In this document: positions 36,023-40,759 of the stretch, piece after piece | How positions within the stretch are numbered: position 1 is the first letter of the stretch | Layout: every line of letters starts with the position of its first letter | Virus record (IMG/VR): IMGVR_UViG_3300018081_000003 | Length of the DNA: 46,347 nucleotides | Origin: a virus | Reading direction: 5' to 3' (one strand) | The notes under the pieces: generated by a model | What the model saw: only the letters and a program-made list of their open reading frames with translations | Told to the model about the DNA's origin: nothing | Databases searched by the model: none | Made by a program: the position numbers and the translations under genes

Positions 36023-36096
36023 CCCTTTCTTGCGCAGAGATATCCGACACTAAACCCTCCGAATAGTAGTGAGAAATTCCACAGAACCTCCGTCAT
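36013..36096 (-). CDS. 27-aa membrane peptide (micro-ORF)
   Basis: ATGA overlap at its start. Hand-translated as MTEVLWNFSLLFGGFSVGYLCARKGWL. Fills an otherwise empty 70-nt gap. Confidence 0.35.
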   Translation of the reverse strand: MTEVLWNFSLLFGGFSVGYLCARKGWL

Positions 36097-36404
36097 AGTG
36101 CATCCATTAGTTCGTTATCACCTCTGATGATGATGACATTTCCACATAAGATATCATCATCCAGATGTAGGACACGTTGAGCACGCCATAACCCTGTAGC
36201 TACTATATTAGGAAGTAGACCGAGTAACTTACCTTCTTCATTACAGAAAGCACTACAGTGTTCACCTTTATAGAGGTCAAACATGTACACATGTTCAATA
36301 TGCCCACCTACTGCGAGACGTATCATCTCTAGTGTCACCTTCTCAGTTAGCTCAGTGTCAATGATGGTACCATCAACCTTTATCAGTGTGGCTATTCCTT
36401 TCAT
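36093..36404 (-). CDS. DUF3846-like protein (103 aa)
   Basis: Track ORF 36093..36425. ATG 36404 follows GGAGAGGA and has an ATGA overlap. The layout IKVDGT...GG.IE.V...FCNEEGKL..LP.N recalls DUF3846. Confidence 0.5.
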   Translation of the reverse strand: MKGIATLIKVDGTIIDTELTEKVTLEMIRLAVGGHIEHVYMFDLYKGEHCSAFCNEEGKLLGLLPNIVATGLWRAQRVLHLDDDILCGNVIIIRGDNELMDAL

Positions 36405-36691
36405 GTATCCTCTCCGTCGCGCCAATTAATATCCATCTCTTTCGACACCTTATTCCACAGTTTAGTGTGTGCTCCCTTTTGTTGTGGTGATATCGACTTA
36501 TCCACATACGTCCGTGTGAGCGTTAGGAGCGAAACCATTCGCGCATGTAGTTCCTTTATACGTATATCGATATTCTCTAGCTCCTGTTCTATTGCGTTCA
36601 ACTCCTCTTCTGGATCGAGGTTAGTACCTTGGTCATCGATCATCTTCTGTGTAACTCCGGGTGGTAAGTCCCATCCAAACACCTTTCTCAT
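36401..36691 (-). CDS. hypothetical protein (96 aa)
   Basis: GWDLPPGVT N-terminal motif followed by a coiled-coil-like centre. Confidence 0.6.
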   Translation of the reverse strand: MRKVFGWDLPPGVTQKMIDDQGTNLDPEEELNAIEQELENIDIRIKELHARMVSLLTLTRTYVDKSISPQQKGAHTKLWNKVSKEMDINWRDGEDT

Positions 36692-36936
36692 GGCGTATTC
36701 CTCAGTCCAGCTTGTTTACTCTCATTATTCCATGAATGGTCCCACAACGCGCGAACCATTAACTTCTTTTCAGGACGCCAACCATCACGCTCGATTAACT
36801 CAACACGCTTCACTCTATCACCTGTATAACTGATGCCATTACGAGCATAGTCCATTGCAGCAGTATACGTGTGAAACTCCTTACCAAGATCAGTGCTGTC
36901 GTTCATGTACCAAACGACTATTGCGTATCTAGACAC
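36688..36936 (-). CDS. hypothetical protein (82 aa)
   Basis: GTG start 6 nt after AAGGAGG. TAGTG overlap with the upstream stop. Confidence 0.65.
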   Translation of the reverse strand: MSRYAIVVWYMNDSTDLGKEFHTYTAAMDYARNGISYTGDRVKRVELIERDGWRPEKKLMVRALWDHSWNNESKQAGLRNTP

Positions 36937-37187
36937 TAGTAGCCTCCTTGTTCAGCCAGATCAGCACACGTATCGCATTGATATCCCAACTGCACATCTC
37001 TGGGAGTGAGCCTGTTCTTACGTTTACAATTGGGGCACGGGATGTTTCTCGGATTGCTCTCCGTCGCCGCTCGTAACGCACTATTACTGCCCGGTGATGC
37101 AAACTCCTCACATATCTCTCTCCATTCCTCTTCATCGTAGTCATCTCTCTGTCTGTTCATGTCCATAGTCCACCAGTTCGGGTTCAT
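36936..37187 (-). CDS. zinc-ribbon protein (83 aa)
   Basis: CPNC...CDTC cysteine pairs with an acidic N-terminus. The track start 37190 is a TTG; ATG 37187 is used here. Confidence 0.6.
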   Translation of the reverse strand: MNPNWWTMDMNRQRDDYDEEEWREICEEFASPGSNSALRAATESNPRNIPCPNCKRKNRLTPRDVQLGYQCDTCADLAEQGGY

Positions 37188-37204
37188 CAAAGGGATCGTC
37201 TATG

Positions 37205-37384
37205 TTACTCCTTATAGTTTTTATCGTATAGCGCCTGAATGTACTTCTGCCACGTCTGTACCGCTGCAAGGTGACGAAGATATCCATCCCATATGTCATC
37301 GGGTACATTGATTTCCCCATCCTTGTTCTCACTCATTAGATACATACCACTAGTGTAATCTGTAAGCTCAATCACAACTCGCAT
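37205..37384 (-). CDS. hypothetical protein (59 aa, below track cutoff)
   Basis: Strong GGAGGTG RBS 4 nt before ATG 37384. Hand-translated as MRVVIELTDYTSGMYLMSENKDGEINVPDDIWDGYLRHLAAVQTWQKYIQALYDKNYKE. Replaces the overlapping track ORF 37141..37332. Confidence 0.55.
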   Translation of the reverse strand: MRVVIELTDYTSGMYLMSENKDGEINVPDDIWDGYLRHLAAVQTWQKYIQALYDKNYKE

Positions 37385-37399
37385 GTTTCACCTCCAAGT

Positions 37400-37431
37400 A
37401 AACGCAGAAAAGCCACGCTTGATGCGTGGCT
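37400..37431 (-). terminator. rho-independent terminator (minus strand) after the GerE-like gene
   Basis: 8-bp stem AGCCACGC/GCGTGGCT with a 5-nt loop, then TTTCTGCGTTT on the minus strand. It ends 4 nt from the next RBS. Confidence 0.6.
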
Positions 37432-37657
37432 ACTCTTGTGTGTGTACTAGTGTTAGATGCGGACTTACTCTTCCTCGATAGTTAGTGTACATGATGGCTA
37501 ATTGTGTTCGGTTAGATACACCAAACCTTTCATACATCATGTGGAGTGTCATCTTTATCGTTCCCTCTGTTACTCCAAGGGTTCTAGCGATGTCTTTGTT
37601 ACATCTACCTTTCAGCAACGCACTTACAACCTCCTCTTGTCGCTTGGTCAGTCTCAT
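37430..37657 (-). CDS. stand-alone LuxR/GerE-type HTH regulator (75 aa)
   Basis: LTKRQEEVVSALLKGRCNKDIARTLGVTEGTIKMTLHMMYERFGVSNRTQL matches the LuxR C-terminal HTH pattern. ATG 37657 follows GGGAGA (the track start is 37726). Confidence 0.8.
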   Translation of the reverse strand: MRLTKRQEEVVSALLKGRCNKDIARTLGVTEGTIKMTLHMMYERFGVSNRTQLAIMYTNYRGRVSPHLTLVHTQE

Positions 37658-37679
37658 CTCAATCTCCCAACGTAGAATG

Positions 37680-37693
37680 CTTATATGTATAAG
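37680..37693. promoter_or_regulatory. palindromic-box copy (CTTATATGTATAAG) in the 5' leader of the GerE-like gene
   Basis: 13/14 match to the consensus, embedded in GCTTATATGTATAAGC, located 23-36 nt upstream of ATG 37657. Confidence 0.6.
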
Positions 37694-37900
37694 CATCTCT
37701 CGCCAACATACCACAACGACCGTCATCCGCGCCTCACTAGTAAAGGCACAGTCTCACATCATTCGTAGCTACGTGTTCCTGTAGACTGTAATGCCTAGGA
37801 CATATGCCAGTAAACAGTACGGGAACAGGTGGCCGTGTGTGATGTGTGTGATATGCTGGCGAGAACTGCTTACAAACCCAAAGCCACATTCTCAGGTACC

Positions 37901-37929
37901 ATACTACTACAGAACTACGCTTAAGTCAA
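37901..37929 (-). promoter_or_regulatory. sigma70-like promoter (TTGACT-17-TAGTAT)
   Basis: On the minus strand: -35 TTGACT (37929..37924), a 17-nt spacer and -10 TAGTAT (37906..37901). Lies in the 410-bp non-coding stretch upstream of the GerE-like gene. Confidence 0.4.
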
Positions 37930-38141
37930 GTTGGATTATGTGACCAAACATCTATAAGCGCATTGAACCTTTACACATATAAGCTACAGCGTGAAGCCAC
38001 CATCTATAGCGATGTGTCATCCTTACGAGGCTAGAGCGTGTGGCCGCAGCGGAGGCGCATTCGTATTTGCTGCACGCTATTTTCACATGTGCGACTGACG
38101 CAGTGTAACCGCTCGTGGGTGGCGATTTGTAATTTGGGCAC

Positions 38142-38174
38142 AAAAAAAACCCACGCAGCAATTGCTGCGTGGGT
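38142..38174 (-). terminator. strong rho-independent terminator (minus strand)
   Basis: Perfect 24-nt palindrome CCCACGCAGCAATTGCTGCGTGGG, followed on the minus strand by T8. Confidence 0.85.
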
Positions 38175-38180
38175 GTGTCG

Positions 38181-38194
38181 CTTATATGTGTAAG
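38181..38194. promoter_or_regulatory. palindromic-box copy (CTTATATGTGTAAG)
   Basis: 12/14 match, between the stop of the 64-aa gene and the T8 terminator. Confidence 0.5.
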
Positions 38195-38196
38195 GA

Positions 38197-38391
38197 TTAG
38201 CGATTACGAAATGCGTAATGATAACGAAGTACCTTTATTATATTCTCCTTATTCCCTTTCGCTTTATCCGTGAGTTTAACGTTTAGTGTATCGATAAAAC
38301 CTTGCAGCGTATCAAGCGGTAAGGCTTCTAAACCCATATCGCCATCTAACGTTTCGAGAACGTCTAACGTATCGCCAGTGTATTTTCCCAT
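38197..38391 (-). CDS. small early protein with acidic N-terminal half (64 aa)
   Basis: Track ORF 38197..38430. ATG 38391 follows GGAGAA. The sequence MGKYTGDTLDVLETLDGDMGLEALPLDTLQGFIDTL has 9 acidic residues in its first 45. Confidence 0.6.
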   Translation of the reverse strand: MGKYTGDTLDVLETLDGDMGLEALPLDTLQGFIDTLNVKLTDKAKGNKENIIKVLRYHYAFRNR

Positions 38392-38414
38392 TGTCTTATT
38401 CTCCAGATGATTAA

Positions 38415-38448
38415 CGAAAAACCCGCGCACCTTTCGATGCGCGGGTTT
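38415..38448 (-). terminator. rho-independent terminator (minus strand)
   Basis: 10-11-bp stem AACCCGCGCA/TGCGCGGGTT with an 8-nt loop, then TTTTTCGTT on the minus strand. It ends about 10 nt from the next RBS. Confidence 0.75.
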
Positions 38449-38463
38449 AGTTGATTGCGTGCG

Positions 38464-39429
38464 TTATGCGTTAACCGCTTTGCTCGCAATCTTTTGTGCA
38501 GCGTCCAGAGTTTTCACGCCTACCATTGGCATGATCGCGACGATCAATTGCGAGAGCGTACCGCGCAATTCAGCATCGCCGTTAGTCGGATCAATCTTGC
38601 GAACGAAAGCCAGTGCAGTTTCCGCAAGATCGTTCTGGTCAACCGCTTTCTCGCTGTCGATCGGTGCCACGAAGTTATCCTTCGTAACCATGTCGACTAA
38701 CTTAGAAAGAAGCGGCTTTGCACTGTCAGTATCAACGGATGACAATGCGGTAGGCGTACCATTCTGTCCACGCGCACCTCTTGGAGCACTATCAACCTTG
38801 TTAGCTTTCTTGAGCATGTCCAATCCACGCGAGCGAAGTGCAGCCGCCTTGAACGATCCGCTGTTATTAATCGGATCAATCGAAGCCACTACATCGATTG
38901 AATTGTTGGCGCCAAGTGTAACCTTGACCGCTTTCACTTCATCACTTCGCAGCAAGTAGATGCTTTGCATTGCGCGGTTGAACATCGAATGAGCCGCATC
39001 AATCTTTTTCTTATGTCGCGTCACAGCATGTTTCGCGGCGGTTTCGGCAGTCTCATTCTTAGCTTTGGACGCTGCAAGTTTCGCAGTGTTCGCTGTAGTC
39101 ATTTCCGCAGCCACTTTCGAATACTCATCGAAGCGCAGAAGAAATGTGTTCGCCAACTGTGCGCGCGTATCAAGTGAGCCGATGATACGATTGCCTTTCT
39201 TGTCGGTGTTCTTCGGAGGTGCGTTCCAATAGTTCAGCCAAGGGTAATTCCACTTTCCGTCTTTACCCTTCTTTGCTTGCCACTCGTCATCATTAAACAG
39301 CGCAGAGATAAATCCGCTTTCTGCGCGTCCAGTCAGATCGGTACCAAGCAACACCTCATGAATGGCTTGCGTGATCGTGTACGGGATCACGTTGTCATTC
39401 TTCGAAAGCTTCTTTGCATTCTTAGCCAT
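38464..39429 (-). CDS. first early gene, unknown function (321 aa), GC-rich relative to the genome
   Basis: Track ORF 38464..39549. ATG 39429 lies 6 nt after GGAGA (MAKNAKKLSK...). No motif recognised. Ala/Lys-rich and probably helical. Confidence 0.7.
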   Translation of the reverse strand: MAKNAKKLSKNDNVIPYTITQAIHEVLLGTDLTGRAESGFISALFNDDEWQAKKGKDGKWNYPWLNYWNAPPKNTDKKGNRIIGSLDTRAQLANTFLLRFDEYSKVAAEMTTANTAKLAASKAKNETAETAAKHAVTRHKKKIDAAHSMFNRAMQSIYLLRSDEVKAVKVTLGANNSIDVVASIDPINNSGSFKAAALRSRGLDMLKKANKVDSAPRGARGQNGTPTALSSVDTDSAKPLLSKLVDMVTKDNFVAPIDSEKAVDQNDLAETALAFVRKIDPTNGDAELRGTLSQLIVAIMPMVGVKTLDAAQKIASKAVNA

Positions 39430-39463
39430 AGTCATTCTCCAGTTTGAAACAGCAAAACACGAA

Positions 39464-39481
39464 CGAACGGATGTCCGTTCG
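39464..39481 (-). promoter_or_regulatory. leader hairpin plus U-rich tract (possible attenuator)
   Basis: CGAACGG-ACAT-CCGTTCG on the minus strand, followed by TTCGTGTTTTGCTGTTT. Lies about 80-100 nt downstream of the predicted TSS and 35 nt upstream of ATG 39429. Confidence 0.35.
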
Positions 39482-39568
39482 CTTTGTCGTTTCCGGTTTT
39501 TCAAACAGCGTGCGCGGAGAGAAGATACAGCGGCCGCGAGGGCATTCACTTCTCAACAACGCAACATC

Positions 39569-39596
39569 ATTCTATCAGCTATACAACCTAAGTCAA
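39569..39596 (-). promoter_or_regulatory. sigma70-like early promoter with extended -10 (TTGACT-16-TGaTAGAAT)
   Basis: On the minus strand: -35 TTGACT (39596..39591), a 16-nt spacer ending in TGA, and -10 TAGAAT (39574..39569). Confidence 0.5.
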
Positions 39597-39621
39597 ATTG
39601 ACGTTTCCAAGTTGAAAGTTG

Positions 39622-39635
39622 CTTACACGTATAAG
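39622..39635. promoter_or_regulatory. palindromic-box copy (CTTACACGTATAAG)
   Basis: 13/14 match, and the exact reverse complement of the copy at 8100..8113. Centred about 67 nt upstream of the predicted leftward TSS. Confidence 0.55.
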
Positions 39636-40052
39636 AGATGCGGTAAGTCGCGCTAGTACAATGCCACTTCATTTAATGTATTACACATCTAACGCTAAGT
39701 TGAATGTGTTTATGTATTACATATATGCATCTGATGTTATCAATGCGTTGTGTGTGTGCGCTATTATGTACGTTGAGCCCGTTTACAAATCACACTGCGA
39801 GAGTAGGACAAATCACAACACAACAACGCACATTAAATGTATTACACTATATAGAATGTTCTGCGACATACAACCGATATGTCATTGTAGTTGCAAGTGT
39901 AATCACATCCCCCCAAAGACCAAAAGTTGTAAAGGGGGGTCGCACCTGTTTGCGCGGGGGGGATCGAACGTCCCCCTTTATCAAAGTAGTACGGTTGATC
40001 GTGCTAGTAGTAACATCGAATACGTATATAGACGCATCATATGTAGTAGATG

Positions 40053-40066
40053 TTTATATGTATAAG
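40053..40066. promoter_or_regulatory. palindromic-box copy (TTTATATGTATAAG)
   Basis: 12/14 match. Shares the extension GTATAAGAGAT with the 39622 copy. Confidence 0.5.
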
Positions 40067-40209
40067 AGATTTCAGTTGATGTTGTTGTATATATTAGCGC
40101 GATTTACACGGTCGGGAGAGGGCGTCCCAAGCGGGCCGCGCATTATACAACCACAAATTAACAAAGTCCCCCCCGTTCCACCCATCTAGGGTAGCGTCAA
40201 ATATATGTG

Positions 40210-40237
40210 TTGTCAAGAGGGTATATGTATGTATACT
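40210..40237 (+). promoter_or_regulatory. sigma70-like rightward promoter (TTGTCA-16-TATACT)
   Basis: -35 at 40210..40215 and -10 at 40232..40237. The AAGGAG RBS and ATG 40269 follow about 25 nt after the predicted TSS. Confidence 0.4.
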
Positions 40238-40268
40238 ACAATAGACACCTACTATAAGGAGTATCGAC

Positions 40269-40634
40269 ATGCCTACTGGTGGATGGTCTGGTTTGTGGAA
40301 TAGACTTGAAGGTAAACAACACGACCTTCTTATTCCTCGTGGTCATGTTACCGCTCGTCGTGTTAGTAAGATCGTTCGCAATGGTATCGGTAACGTAATG
40401 GCTGCTGAACGTGTGTTTACTAACTTTAATGAAGACGTTAAACAGGTGACACCGAATGTTCAACCTGGTAATCCGATTGTTAATGGTGGCTTGATCCCTA
40501 TCGCTGTTAATCCACTTACACCTGTTACTTCTGCTAACTTCATCGCTTATGTGGAGAAAGCTAACAAGCCAACTACATATCCAGTTGATGCGAGTGGTAA
40601 CGGTGGTGGTGGAAAGATGGGTCTTCGCTTCTAA
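40269..40634 (+). CDS. hypothetical protein (121 aa), first rightward gene
   Basis: AAGGAG RBS. Flanked by a promoter-like element upstream and a long hairpin downstream. Has a GNGGGGK tract near the C-terminus. Confidence 0.7.
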   Translation: MPTGGWSGLWNRLEGKQHDLLIPRGHVTARRVSKIVRNGIGNVMAAERVFTNFNEDVKQVTPNVQPGNPIVNGGLIPIAVNPLTPVTSANFIAYVEKANKPTTYPVDASGNGGGGKMGLRF

Positions 40635-40669
40635 TTGTACTTATATCTGACTTCCATTTCCCCTACTCC

Positions 40670-40746
40670 GCGCGACGATTGATACTAGGTGCTCATCGCC
40701 CCCCATAGTCCGCACTTAGTCATTGGTCGTCGCGTCCTTTTATATT
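40670..40746 (+). terminator. long imperfect hairpin (~22 bp) plus T-rich tail (terminator or RNase III-type site)
   Basis: The outer stem is CGCGACGA/TCGTCGCG. It extends inward through TTGAT/ATTGG (three G-U pairs) and ACTAGGTGC/GCACTTAGT, with one bulged C and a 19-nt loop. It is followed by TCCTTTTATATT and then by the RBS of the next gene. Confidence 0.5.
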
Positions 40747-40759
40747 GTGTGAGGATGGG

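Noticed and set aside
37141-37332. 63-aa track ORF, and the alternative-frame ORF 36929..37144
   Set aside because: They overlap ORFs with much better signals: 37205..37384 with a GGAGGTG RBS, and the CPNC/CDTC zinc-ribbon ORF 36936..37187. Their products are Arg-rich and look out of frame.
37952-38161. 69-aa minus-strand ORF upstream of the GerE-like gene
   Set aside because: Its start codon lies inside the T8 terminator stem and it has no RBS. The product is Cys/Ala-rich and looks out of frame.
38459-38959. 166-aa plus-strand ORF, and the 81-aa ORF 38455..38700, antisense to the first early gene
   Set aside because: Both lie entirely inside the better-supported minus-strand gene, which has an RBS, a promoter and a terminator. 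Neither has an RBS. The open antisense frames are likely a by-product of the GC-rich composition.
39430-39549. N-terminal extension of the first early gene (track start 39549), and similar long upstream extensions of other track ORFs (31365, 33577, 37726, 38430, 22152, 25552)
   Set aside because: In each case an internal ATG or GTG has a proper Shine-Dalgarno sequence or an ATGA/TAATG coupling. The extension would run through a promoter, a terminator or the preceding gene.
39956-39976. tRNA-like T-arm impression (GGGGGATCGAACGTCCCCC)
   Set aside because: The loop does not fit the TTCRANN consensus on either strand, and I could not build acceptor, D or anticodon arms around it. I treat it as a simple hairpin.
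39619-40189. Plus-strand ORFs of 148 aa and 161 aa (and 39362..39656) across the control region
   Set aside because: They have no RBS, overlap each other in different frames, run through repeat boxes and homopolymer tracts, and give odd Cys/Tyr/Thr-rich products. The region is better explained as regulatory DNA.
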